DNA from: Cyanobacteria bacterium P01_A01_bin.123
GTDB lineage: Bacteria; Cyanobacteriota; Cyanobacteriia; Phormidesmidales; Phormidesmidaceae
Direction: 5' to 3'
Assembly (NCBI GenBank): GCA_039815185.1
Contig: JBCBZT010000014.1
Span: forward strand, 32,001 to 96,000
Length of the DNA: 64,000 bases
The translations under genes and the position numbers were made by a program. Positions 10,005 to 19,582 of this stretch are shown in pieces. Below the pieces are notes generated by a model. It saw only the letters and a list, made by a program, of their open reading frames with translations, searched no databases and had not been told where the DNA came from. Position 1 is the first letter of the stretch. Each line of letters begins with the position of its first letter.

Positions 10005-10760
10005 TCAGGTCTCTGTCATGGCTTTGGGGGCAAGTTGCCCTTGAGCCGCAATCTGCAAGATCTCACTGGGGTGGGTCAATAAAAAATCAGGACGGTAAGC
10101 TTCTAAACTTGCCCGGGAGTTAAACCCCCAAGCGACCGACGCCACCTTTAAGCTAACGGCGTGGGCTGCCTCAACGTCACGAGTTTCATCCCCGATATAG
10201 ATCACCTGGGCTTTATCTAAAGCCTGACGACGAATGGCCTGCCGTAACACTCGACTTTTGCCAAACAGCCGCGTTCCAGTGTAGACAAAGCTAAATAAAT
10301 CATCGAGGTGGTGGTGGTGCAAAAATCGATTCACATTTCTGGCCGAATTGGACGTGACAATTCCCAGGCGATGGTTTTGGGCATGAAGCGATCGCAGCGT
10401 CGCCTCCATCCCCTCAATCAACTCAAGCTGATCGATTTCCTGACTCAGTTCCTTTTGCAGTCGCCGAATCAGAAAAGGCACCTTGTAGCTGGCCATTTCA
10501 GACTGTTGAATAATCTGCCGCGTATTCAAGTTTTGCAAGGATGCCAAGGTTTCAGCATTGACCGGACTATAGCCAAACTGAGGCGCGAGTTGATTCACAA
10601 TGCGGACAATGGCAGCCAAAGTTTCAGCAATGGTGCCATCAAAGTCGAAGATGAGACAGGTCACGGTGGTTGGGTGGGAGTAGTTTAGGAGAGGAATCTT
10701 ATGGGGCAGAGAGGGCCTGGGGGCAGGGGAGACAGCAGCGTTCAGAATCTGTGCGGGCAC
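10005..10760 (-). CDS. HAD-superfamily hydrolase (phosphoglycolate phosphatase-like)
   Basis: IFDFDGTIAET, GIVTSN, YIGDETRDVEAA, VAWGF; start codon uncertain. Confidence 0.88.
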   Translation of the reverse strand: MPAQILNAAVSPAPRPSLPHKIPLLNYSHPTTVTCLIFDFDGTIAETLAAIVRIVNQLAPQFGYSPVNAETLASLQNLNTRQIIQQSEMASYKVPFLIRRLQKELSQEIDQLELIEGMEATLRSLHAQNHRLGIVTSNSARNVNRFLHHHHLDDLFSFVYTGTRLFGKSRVLRQAIRRQALDKAQVIYIGDETRDVEAAHAVSLKVASVAWGFNSRASLEAYRPDFLLTHPSEILQIAAQGQLAPKAMTET

Positions 10761-10777
10761 AAAATCTTGAAACTAAC

Positions 10778-10854
10778 CTTGTTTATTCGCTGACTTAAAT
10801 ATTCTTGTTTATTCGCTGACTTAAATATTCTTGTTTATTCGCTGACTTAATATT
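10778..10854. repeat. 26-bp tandem repeat x3 in a divergent intergenic region
   Basis: CTTGTTTATTCGCTGACTTAAATATT at 10778, 10804 and 10830; the third unit lacks one A. Confidence 0.95.
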
Positions 10855-11029
10855 TTTAACGCGTTACGAATGAGCACAGGTCCTCTTCCCTAAACTCTTA
10901 ATGCCCTACCGCCTTGCGCCGCCACCACGCCAACAGCTTGCCTGTTCCCTGTTGTACATTAGGAGGGCACTCGCAACATTCTGGCGCGCTTTTTGCTTGG
11001 GTCGCCTACTGTCCTGTCACCCCAACCCT

Positions 11030-12871
11030 ATGGCTTCTGCATCTCATCCTTCGAACCCGTCCCCGCCGCAGAATCGAGGGACTGATTGGCAGCTTTTTTT
11101 ACGTCTGTTGCCCTACATTACACGCCAACGGAGACATCTGCTGGTGCCTTTTTTGTTGTTGTTGCCGTTGGCGATCGCCAATGCGCTACAGCCAATTTTG
11201 ATTGGACAAGCGATTTCCTTGGTTCGCCAGGAACCGACGATGTGGTTTATCGAGGGGCGATCGCTGCAAACGGGTCTCAACATTGTCATTGTGTTGTTGA
11301 TCGCTACGGTGGTGATTCGGCTGCTGCTCGATGGCTTTCAAAGTTATCTAGTGCAGCGGGTAGGCCAATACATCACCGCTGATATTCGCCAAGAACTCTT
11401 CGATCACGTCACCTCCCTAGCCGTACGTTTCTTTGACCGTACCCCCGTTGGTAAGCTGATTACTCGCCTGACCAGTGATGTGGAAGCCTTGGGAGATGTC
11501 TTTTCCACCGGGGCTATTGGCATCGTTAGCGACATTGTCTCGATGCTGGTGTTGATGATCACGATGATTTTGTTGCAGTGGCAATTGGCGCTGATGTTGA
11601 TTGCCATGTTGCTACCGATTACCTGGCTGATCATTTACTTCCAACAGCAGTTCCGCAAAGCCAATTACAAAGCCCGCGAAAAACTCTCAGAACTCAACGC
11701 TAATTTGCAAGAAAACATTTCCGGCATCGACGTAGTGCAGTTGTTTCGCCGAGAGCAGTTTAATAACGACCTGTTTCGTAAGATCAATCGCAAGTACATC
11801 CGCGCCGTCGATAAAACGATTTTTTACGATTCTGCAGTGTCGGCCACGCTGGAGTGGATTTCTTTGGTGGCTATTGGTGGCGTACTGGTGCTGGGAGGGC
11901 TGTTGGTCCTGCAAGAATCTCTACCCTTTGGCACCCTGGCTTCATTTGTGCTGTTCTCCCAGCGTTTGTTTGATCCGCTGCGGCAGTTTGCCGATAAGTT
12001 TACGGCGATTCAGGCCGGGTTTACGGCGATCGAGCGCATTCAAGACCTGTTTGGCGAGCCGATCGAAATTCGCGATCCAGAGAAACATACCGCGTCGAAC
12101 GCATTGGCGGCGACCGCTGCGATCGCCGCTAATAATCAAGCCGCTGGAGAAATCCGCTTTGAGCATGTGTGGTTTGGCTACAAACCCAACGAATATATCC
12201 TCCAGGATCTTGACTTTACGATTCATCCTGGCGAAAAGGTTGCCTTGGTAGGGCCAACGGGGGCAGGTAAAAGCTCCATCATTCGCCTGTTGTGTCGCCT
12301 TTACGAAGTGAATCAAGGGGGCATCAAAGTCGACGGCAGCGACATCCGCGATTTACCCCAAAAAGTCCTACGCCAGTACATGGGGGTGATTTTGCAGGAG
12401 GGCTTTTTGTTTGCCGGAGATATCAAAGACAATATTACGCTTGGGGAACCCTACCCACTTGAGCGAGTAAAAGCCGCTGCGGAACGAACCAATATCGCCC
12501 CCTTCATCGAACAGTTACCCCAGGGCTATGACACAATGCTGCGAGAACGGGGAACCAACCTCTCTGGTGGCCAAAAGCAGCTTTTAGCCTTTGCCCGCGC
12601 CGCCATCCGTGACCCCAAAATTTTGGTACTTGACGAGGCCACCGCCAATTTAGATGTATCAACTGAAGCGTTGATTCAAGAAGCCCTCGATCGGTTGTTA
12701 GTCGGGCGTACGGCCATTATCATTGCTCACCGCCTTTCCACGATTCGCAATGTGGATCGGATTTTGGTGTTGCGCCAGGGGCGCTTGGTAGAGCAAGGTA
12801 GCCACGATCAACTGTTGGCGCAAGGGGGACTCTATGCCAGCCTTTATCGTTTGCAAATGCTAGAAGTTTAG
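11030..12871 (+). CDS. ABC exporter, fused permease/ATPase (MdlB-like)
   Basis: TM domain, GPTGAGKS, LSGGQKQ, ILVLDEAT, IAHRLST. ATG 11030 is preferred over 10901. Confidence 0.93.
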   Translation: MASASHPSNPSPPQNRGTDWQLFLRLLPYITRQRRHLLVPFLLLLPLAIANALQPILIGQAISLVRQEPTMWFIEGRSLQTGLNIVIVLLIATVVIRLLLDGFQSYLVQRVGQYITADIRQELFDHVTSLAVRFFDRTPVGKLITRLTSDVEALGDVFSTGAIGIVSDIVSMLVLMITMILLQWQLALMLIAMLLPITWLIIYFQQQFRKANYKAREKLSELNANLQENISGIDVVQLFRREQFNNDLFRKINRKYIRAVDKTIFYDSAVSATLEWISLVAIGGVLVLGGLLVLQESLPFGTLASFVLFSQRLFDPLRQFADKFTAIQAGFTAIERIQDLFGEPIEIRDPEKHTASNALAATAAIAANNQAAGEIRFEHVWFGYKPNEYILQDLDFTIHPGEKVALVGPTGAGKSSIIRLLCRLYEVNQGGIKVDGSDIRDLPQKVLRQYMGVILQEGFLFAGDIKDNITLGEPYPLERVKAAAERTNIAPFIEQLPQGYDTMLRERGTNLSGGQKQLLAFARAAIRDPKILVLDEATANLDVSTEALIQEALDRLLVGRTAIIIAHRLSTIRNVDRILVLRQGRLVEQGSHDQLLAQGGLYASLYRLQMLEV

Positions 12872-12975
12872 AGAATGAAACGAATCGGCCTAGGGGGCAG
12901 AACCCTTCCTCAACGCCTGTGACAAGACGTTACAGCGTCGTCGTTGAATAGTTCAACGAGACATACTAGAGGCGC

Positions 12976-14247
12976 TTGGCGATCGCGTTGAGATATTACC
13001 CCATGATTCCCCCCATCCGTTGGCCGATGATTCGCATTAGCATTGGCGTGCTCAGTTTGATTGGCGTGGCGACCAGTGTCGCTAGGGCAGAAAATCCCGA
13101 TCAAGTCAGGCAGCTTTTGCAAACCAACGCCTGTGAAAATTGCGATCTCAGCGACGCAGTGCTCGATGGGCTTGACCTTGCCGAAGCGAATTTGCAAGAG
13201 GCAAACTTGCAGGGAGCGAGCCTATTAGGGACTCGGCTTAACCGGGCGAACCTGCGTGGGGCTAGTTTGCAAAATGCTAGTCTGGCGGGCACGAACCTGC
13301 TGGGGGCCAATCTGCAAAACGCTGATTTGTCCGATGTCCAGGTGTTTAATCACTGTGAGTCAAACGATGTCTTCGACGGGACGGGGGATGACTCCGAAGA
13401 CATCAGCCAATGTTACGCCTTTGGATTGCTGCAACAGTTTAGCAGTGAACTTTGTGATGAAGCCTATGGTCTTCAAGATCTATTAGAAAACGATGAACCA
13501 TCTGGCTTTTGTGATTCAGATCAAGCCTCGCTTCAGTATGCGGTTGCGCTCGGTTATGGCTCATTTTCATCTGCGGGTATCTTAAGTTGGATATATCCTG
13601 GCTTGGGCAACAGGATAGTCTTGATCGGAGCTAATTTAAGGGGGGCTAATCTCAGTAACGTTAATCTCTCGGGGGCCGATCTGCGCTATGCCCAGTTTGA
13701 GGACGCTGTTTTGCAAGCTACCCAACTGGACTACGCCCTACTGTTAGATGCCACTGGGCTACCCGCAGACTTAGCCAATTTAGATCGGGCTTTGTTGACT
13801 AAGGCTGATATTGGTGAAGTCATCGGTTCGTTTTTTGGCCCAGCCGCTTCCTCTTTTTTCGCAACGTATACCGTTTCGCCTGATGGGGCAGCCTTGGTCG
13901 GGTCGATGAACCGAGCCCAGCAGGCCTATCATTTGGAGACCAATATCTTTGCCAGTCAACTCGACGATTTGGGCGTTGGTATCGACGCTGAAACGGATGG
14001 CTATCAAATTGAGGTTGCCTATGTGGGGGGTGATTATGTGGTCAATACTGCGATCGCGCAAGAAGCAGACCTCGAGAGCTATTTGGGCATTGTCTATATC
14101 ACCCAGGATGTTGACTATGGTGACACCATCACTAGCAGCATTTTGTGTAAAACCTCAGAGCCCTTGACAGAACTGCCCTTCATTCCCCCTCGCCCTGCGA
14201 CAACAGAGACTCAAATGCTATGCCCTGCGGGGTTTGAACCAGGTTAG
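12976..14247 (+). CDS. Secreted pentapeptide-repeat protein with C-terminal type IV pilin G/H-like domain
   Basis: Signal peptide, AENPDQVRQLLQTNACENCDL, two pentapeptide blocks, and C-terminal GSMNRAQQAYHLE...LGVGIDAET...ILC...CP. The true start is probably a downstream ATG. Confidence 0.78.
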   Translation: MAIALRYYPMIPPIRWPMIRISIGVLSLIGVATSVARAENPDQVRQLLQTNACENCDLSDAVLDGLDLAEANLQEANLQGASLLGTRLNRANLRGASLQNASLAGTNLLGANLQNADLSDVQVFNHCESNDVFDGTGDDSEDISQCYAFGLLQQFSSELCDEAYGLQDLLENDEPSGFCDSDQASLQYAVALGYGSFSSAGILSWIYPGLGNRIVLIGANLRGANLSNVNLSGADLRYAQFEDAVLQATQLDYALLLDATGLPADLANLDRALLTKADIGEVIGSFFGPAASSFFATYTVSPDGAALVGSMNRAQQAYHLETNIFASQLDDLGVGIDAETDGYQIEVAYVGGDYVVNTAIAQEADLESYLGIVYITQDVDYGDTITSSILCKTSEPLTELPFIPPRPATTETQMLCPAGFEPG

Positions 14248-14394
14248 CTGTTGTTGGGGTGAAACCTCGCGCCGTTGGCCTGCGTCTTGCTCTGGGTAAA
14301 CAATATCCAATTATCCGTACCTTGTACGATGGAGGCTGGCTGTTCTGCAGGCTTGCAGTTGCGACCAGTCTCCGTTCCCTGTGCGTAAAAAAAC

Positions 14395-14736
14395 ATGATG
14401 AAATTACTGTTCTCCGTCTCTTCCGTTGCGTTTGGTCTAGGGCTGCTTGCCCTAGCGATGCCAGCTAAGGCAAATGCGCCGGGTATTTTTTACTCCTGGC
14501 GATCGCTCGATACCACGGTTACCCAGTGTGTTTCCCAAGCAGAAGCTGCGATGACAACGATCGAGTTACTCGACATTAGCGTTGACCCCACCAGTGTGGC
14601 GGGACGCACAGAAGACTCTACGGCGGTGTTTGTCTGCTTAGATAACGGCGTAGACACGACTGTCATGGTGATTGTGTCGGGGGATAACGAAGACGAAGCA
14701 ATCGAAGTTCGAGAAGCCCTGAAGAGTGCATTCTAA
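14395..14736 (+). CDS. Small secreted hypothetical protein
   Basis: Signal peptide (AKA-N); two Cys. Confidence 0.7.
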   Translation: MMKLLFSVSSVAFGLGLLALAMPAKANAPGIFYSWRSLDTTVTQCVSQAEAAMTTIELLDISVDPTSVAGRTEDSTAVFVCLDNGVDTTVMVIVSGDNEDEAIEVREALKSAF

Positions 14737-14749
14737 ACCGGGTAGCCCC

Positions 14750-16132
14750 ATGCGGGTGGTTGCTTATGTCTACCGTGACCCGCTTCTAGAACCAGCCCCA
14801 ACGCCGAATCTTTGGGGCTGGGAAGTGGATCGGGTTTATCAAGATTTAGGCAGTGTGGTGGCCAAAGAGGGGGCACCCAGGGCGATCGAAGACAGTCTAA
14901 AATCTAATGGTCAAAGCACCCGCCCCCAGCTGGCCCAGCTTCTCCAAGATTGTGCTAGCGATCCCCCAGACTACCTGTTGATTCGTCGTCTGGACGAATT
15001 GGGGGAATCGCTGCAACAGTTGAGCCAAACCTTGGTGCAACTGGAAGAATTTGGCATCGTTATCATCGCCACGGAACAAGACTATCGATCCACACGACTC
15101 CAATCGACAGCGCCAGCAGGCCCAAACCAGGGCGACGATTTAATCCGTTTGCTAGACGAGATTCAATATCGTCAACGCAGTCGGCGGATTCGCCAGGGTC
15201 ATGCCCGCAATCGGGTCAAAACGCTACCACCGCCGGGTAAAGCTCCCTTTGGCTATCGCCGTGGGAAGGATCGCTATGTGATTGATCGGGCCACAGCGCC
15301 GCTGATTCGAGAGTTTGTTGAGCGGTTTTTGCTGTTTGGCTCTCTCAGGGGGGCAGTGCGATTTTTAGAAAAAAAATACAGCAAAAAGATCTCTGTTTCG
15401 ACGGGGCAACGCTGGCTGACTAGCCCGGTTTATCGCGGTGATTTGATCTATCAGGGGGAAGATATCATTCCCGATACCCATGCCGCCATTATTTCTCGGG
15501 AAGATGGCGCCCAAGTGGATCGGCTGCTGCGTCGCAACCGCCGCTTGCCCCCGCGCACGGCGAGTGCGTCTCGGTCTCTAGCCGGGTTAGTGACTTGTGC
15601 CACTTGCCAATCGACGATGAAGATCACCCAGGTGAGTGCGCCTCGTCGCGATAAGACCTATCTGTATCTGCGCCCGGTTGCCTGTTTGCAACAACCGAAA
15701 TGCAAGGCGATCGCGTATCAAGCCATCTTAGACAAAACTATTGAGGCGATTTGCCAAGCGTTACCCCAGGCGGTGTCGGCAATTCCCCGAGCCGCGATGG
15801 TGGGCATGAAGGACGCGATCGCGGGCCAGCTTCAAGCCAAACAAACTATTCTCGAACAACTGCCTGAATTAGTTGCCCAGGGGATTCTCGATCAGGCAAC
15901 GGCAGACTTGCGAGCCTATACGGTGCAAACTGAGATTGCAGCAATCCGCCAGCAGCAGTCGCAATTGCCCCCGACTAATCTGCTGGAGATTGCCCAAGCT
16001 GTTTCTATTCCTCAGTTCTGGCAAGACCTTTCTGAATCAGAGCGTCGCTTTTATTTCCGTGAGTTTTTGCGTCAGATCAATCTGGTTCGGGGTGATCAGG
16101 GTTGGGTGGTTGAATTACAGTTCATTTTTTGA
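14750..16132 (+). CDS. Large serine recombinase-family protein (resolvase + recombinase + Zn ribbon) with degenerate active site
   Basis: RPQLAQLL, LLIRRLDELG, PPGKAPFGY and LAGLVTCATC..C..C are present; the RVS catalytic motif is absent. ATG 14750 is preferred over 14726. Confidence 0.85.
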   Translation: MRVVAYVYRDPLLEPAPTPNLWGWEVDRVYQDLGSVVAKEGAPRAIEDSLKSNGQSTRPQLAQLLQDCASDPPDYLLIRRLDELGESLQQLSQTLVQLEEFGIVIIATEQDYRSTRLQSTAPAGPNQGDDLIRLLDEIQYRQRSRRIRQGHARNRVKTLPPPGKAPFGYRRGKDRYVIDRATAPLIREFVERFLLFGSLRGAVRFLEKKYSKKISVSTGQRWLTSPVYRGDLIYQGEDIIPDTHAAIISREDGAQVDRLLRRNRRLPPRTASASRSLAGLVTCATCQSTMKITQVSAPRRDKTYLYLRPVACLQQPKCKAIAYQAILDKTIEAICQALPQAVSAIPRAAMVGMKDAIAGQLQAKQTILEQLPELVAQGILDQATADLRAYTVQTEIAAIRQQQSQLPPTNLLEIAQAVSIPQFWQDLSESERRFYFREFLRQINLVRGDQGWVVELQFIF

Positions 16133-16160
16133 GCCACCCGATAGGATTTGCGGCAAAATC

Positions 16161-16415
16161 GCGTTGTTAGTGGTTGAGGTAGTTAGCCCTGGGCCAGAGA
16201 ATCATCGACGAGATTATATTGACAAACGCAATCAGTATGAATGGCGAGGCATTCTTGAGTATTGGATTTTGGATCCGGTACAGATGCAGGTGACGGTGTT
16301 GTTTTTAACGGAGGCGGGGTACGAGGAAAGCCTGTTTGTTGGGGACGAAGTCGTGCAGTCTCAGTGTTTCTCTAACTGGCAATTGACAGCTGCAGAAATG
16401 TTGTCAACAGCGTGA
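16161..16415 (+). pseudogene. Uma2-family endonuclease, C-terminal fragment
   Basis: ALLVVEVVSPG..RDYIDKRNQYEWRGILEYWILDP; the upstream part of the called ORF is a shadow frame of the recombinase. Confidence 0.8.
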
Positions 16416-16625
16416 TGGGGTTGGCGAATCTCAGGCTGTAGTAGCTATGAAACCTCGATCAGGTCAGAATTTCGATGATTCTCAATTGGGGGAAAGGGTA
16501 AGAATTGTAGTGTTGGTTTCTCGCTTGCAGATGCCTGCGCTAGGTTGGTTGATGTAGTATCCAGCGCGCTCAACGGATGCAGTTGATCCCCATATAATGG
16601 GACGCTTTAAAGGAGTCTAGCGGTT

Positions 16626-16826
16626 ATGACACCCGAGGAAAGGAAAGTTAAAAAAGATATTGCCAGTACATTGCTAGCAGGCATGTTGGCTAATCCTCAT
16701 ATTTATTCACTGGTTAGCGAGGATGAAGGTATCGGGCAGCAGGAGAAAATTCTGCTCTCAAAGGCGATTGCGATGGCTGAAAAATTGGTTGACCAGGTTG
16801 AGCATCCCCATGGCAGCCGACGGTGA
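16626..16826 (+). CDS. Small hypothetical protein
   Basis: 66 aa; AAGGAG RBS upstream of the ATG. Confidence 0.65.
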   Translation: MTPEERKVKKDIASTLLAGMLANPHIYSLVSEDEGIGQQEKILLSKAIAMAEKLVDQVEHPHGSRR

Positions 16827-16900
16827 GTTGGCTGTTTGGGTTGATAACGTTAATTGTTGAGACGGGCAGGGGCGCAGAGGAAAGAACTTAAGAAACAGGA

Positions 16901-16941
16901 AAAAAGCAGGCTAGGCGCGGATGAACCGTGCCTAGCCTGCT
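16901..16941 (-). terminator. Rho-independent terminator
   Basis: AGCAGGCTAGGCGCGG-atgaa-CCGTGCCTAGCCTGCT with an A-run on the left (U-tract on minus), downstream of 16974-17948. Confidence 0.85.
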
Positions 16942-16973
16942 CTGAAGATAATTCCAGATGATGGGTTCAGAAT

Positions 16974-17948
16974 TTAGACGTCAAATTCGCCCGCATCCAA
17001 ACGAGGCCCGCAATCCGTCTGCTCGGCATCCACGCGACACTGCTCATATCGCAACTGCCTCACAGTACCGTCGGGTAGCTGTTCAGCGTACTCCAGCGCC
17101 TTACTGAAAGATTCAAAGCTCTCTTCTACTTTGCCTTGGCGGGCATAAATCTGTCCCCGCAGGTAAATCAAATCAGGATTCTCAGGCGCAGCTTCTAAAG
17201 CTTTATTGACCGCTATCAGGGCCTGATCAACTTCCCCTAGGTCGCGATAGGCAATCGCAATCCCACGCTGGGAGACATAATCAGGGCCTGCATAGGCATC
17301 CAGATTGGCGATCGCATCATCAGGGTCAGAGAAGGGCAAGTTTACGGCCAACATCACATCCATGTAACCCTTTAACAAATTCAGCTCTGGGTCATCGGCA
17401 GCAATCCGTTCTGCCCGATCCATATGGGTAAAGACCCGCTGCAGCTTAGCTAGCGCTTGGGGTGTTCCTGAAACTGTCCCTTCCGTCAGTAAGGTATGCG
17501 CCCCTTCTAAGAAAATGCCCACGGCCATGTAAAGATTGCCGCGCAGCTCATCTTCTGCCATCAAGGCTTCAGCCACAGACTTGGTTTCGGTTGCCTTGGA
17601 CAGCATCGTATCCAGGTCACCATCTAGATACGCCAACGATGATGCCATCGCATGCACTAGTGGATCACTGGCTTCTGATTCCAGGGCTTCCTCAACGTAA
17701 CTCGTCGCTGCGTCATAATTGCCATCCCTAAACAGGGCCACAAATGCGGCTTCCGTTGCGTCACCGATTTCGTGGGCTTCACTATTAGGGCGGAACGGAT
17801 CCCCGGCAAAGGCAGCCAGGTTGCCGACACCAACCGCGATCGCGATTGTCGTTCCGGCCAACATGCGACTGATGTGCTTAACCCGCATTCCCCAAGTTGC
17901 AGGGCGACTCAATTTAGAATAGTTGCGTTTTATCTTCATAAACTCCAA
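16974..17948 (-). CDS. Sll0314/Alr1548-like periplasmic TPR protein
   Basis: Signal peptide, then AGDPFR..IGDATEAAF..GNY, DPELNLLKGYMD, LAVNLPFSDP and a C-terminal TPR; start uncertain. Confidence 0.8.
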   Translation of the reverse strand: MEFMKIKRNYSKLSRPATWGMRVKHISRMLAGTTIAIAVGVGNLAAFAGDPFRPNSEAHEIGDATEAAFVALFRDGNYDAATSYVEEALESEASDPLVHAMASSLAYLDGDLDTMLSKATETKSVAEALMAEDELRGNLYMAVGIFLEGAHTLLTEGTVSGTPQALAKLQRVFTHMDRAERIAADDPELNLLKGYMDVMLAVNLPFSDPDDAIANLDAYAGPDYVSQRGIAIAYRDLGEVDQALIAVNKALEAAPENPDLIYLRGQIYARQGKVEESFESFSKALEYAEQLPDGTVRQLRYEQCRVDAEQTDCGPRLDAGEFDV

Positions 17949-18160
17949 AATGCCTCGTTCTATAATTGACCTAGGTCATCGGGCCAATTCGCAGACCTAA
18001 CCTGAAAGGCCCAACTGAAGCTAGGTAACTTTCCTCAGAAAAACCAGACCGATTCAGATTTAGCGTATGCGCGATCGCGGCTTGCCAAACCTGTTTCTTA
18101 TATTCTGCCTCAGTAGGTTGCTAGACGCGCAAGACTCAAGGGAGTTCCCATTTTAACCCT

Positions 18161-18367
18161 CTAGTCTATCAGTTTTACCTGTCCTACGCGAATATATTCA
18201 AAAATTCGATTGATCTGGCGGCGATGTACGGGCTGAATCGCTGGGTTAGATAAGATAACGGAAGTGAGTTGGAGATGATCTTTGCGACTCATCTGGCGCA
18301 TCTGTAGCGTCGTTTGAATGAGTATTTCAACTGTATCGACTGACATCCCCTGATGATGACGAACCAT
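18161..18367 (-). CDS. Small hypothetical protein
   Basis: 68 aa ending QINRIFEYIRVGQVKLID; sole ORF in this gap. Confidence 0.6.
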   Translation of the reverse strand: MVRHHQGMSVDTVEILIQTTLQMRQMSRKDHLQLTSVILSNPAIQPVHRRQINRIFEYIRVGQVKLID

Positions 18368-18614
18368 GATGCGAATTCCCTGATGAACAAGGGTTTAGTT
18401 TAAAGGATGTTGGTAACGGATCAAGTGCCCCTATGTTAATCAGGTTGCCCAGGCTGCGATGCACTCATCCACAGAAATGTTCAAAACGCTGATAATTTCT
18501 GATGAAGACTTGATGAAATAAAACACATCTGATTTGAAAACTTGGGTATGGGCATAAGACCTACACCCCTGCCGAAAAACTATTGTTCTAGACGAGGTTT
18601 AACCCCCTAAAATC

Positions 18615-19385
18615 ATGCGCGTCTATCGTCTTAACGCCTTATCGGATAATTACGTTTTTCTACTCCACGACTCAGAGCGCCAAGAAGCGGCCGTCGTTGA
18701 TCCTGCCGAAGCAGGGCCAGTATTAACCCAGCTTGAGCAACTCGGGGCAACCTTGATTGCCATCTTCAATACCCACCACCATGGCGATCATGTCGGTGGC
18801 AATCGGGCCTTGCTCGATCGATTCCCTGAAGCTGTGGTCTATGGTGGTGCTGAAGATCGGGGGCGCATCCCCGGTCAACACCATTTTTTGCAAGAGGGAG
18901 ACACCGTTCCCTTTGCAGGGCGTACCGCCCAGGTTTTCTTTGTCCCAGGTCATACCCGGGCGCATATTGCCTACTATTTCCCGTCGACACCTAACGATGA
19001 AGGCCATCTCTTTTGTGGGGATACATTGTTTGCAGGGGGCTGTGGGCGACTATTTGAAGGCACCCCTACCCAAATGGTGGACTCATTAGAGAAGCTGCGT
19101 CAGCTGCCCGATGATACCCAGATCTGGTGTGCCCACGAATACACCCTCAACAATCTTAAATTTGCAATTACTGTAGACGCCGACAACCTCGCCTTACAGC
19201 AGCGTTTCAAACAAGTTCAACAGGCTCGCCAAAACCAACAAGCAACCGTCCCCTCCCGTCTGGGTATTGAAAAGCAAACCAACCCGTTTCTCAGGTGGGA
19301 TCAACCCGCCCTGAAAATCGCAGTCAACGGTAAAAATTCGATCCAGACCTTTGCCCGTATTCGGGGACTTAAAGATCGATTTTAG
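18615..19385 (+). CDS. gloB: Hydroxyacylglutathione hydrolase (glyoxalase II)
   Basis: [49 protein letters not shown]. Confidence 0.96.
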   Translation: MRVYRLNALSDNYVFLLHDSERQEAAVVDPAEAGPVLTQLEQLGATLIAIFNTHHHGDHVGGNRALLDRFPEAVVYGGAEDRGRIPGQHHFLQEGDTVPFAGRTAQVFFVPGHTRAHIAYYFPSTPNDEGHLFCGDTLFAGGCGRLFEGTPTQMVDSLEKLRQLPDDTQIWCAHEYTLNNLKFAITVDADNLALQQRFKQVQQARQNQQATVPSRLGIEKQTNPFLRWDQPALKIAVNGKNSIQTFARIRGLKDRF

Positions 19386-19582
19386 GGTGTGGACGATGGG
19401 CGGCAGTCGTTGGGGAGCTGCCTCATGAATTCTCCTCCGACCCAAATATTTCAGATTAAACAGACACCACGCTAAAGTCTAAACTTTTACAAGTGGCCCA
19501 ACCCCAATACAGCATCCCCTCAGGAGAAAGTCATATGATGAGAGCCTAATCTTTGCTTGCTTTGCACTAAACGACGCCAGGG

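Noticed and set aside
10778..10854. 26-bp repeats as a CRISPR array
   Set aside because: The units are directly adjacent with no spacers, and no cas genes are present.
14726..16132. Active XisF-like or prophage integrase with an excisable element
   Set aside because: Catalytic Ser/Arg residues are missing, and no att repeats, interrupted gene or phage genes are seen.
15873..16160. N-terminal part of the 180-aa ORF
   Set aside because: Alternate-frame overlap with the recombinase; only 16161-16415 is Uma2-like.
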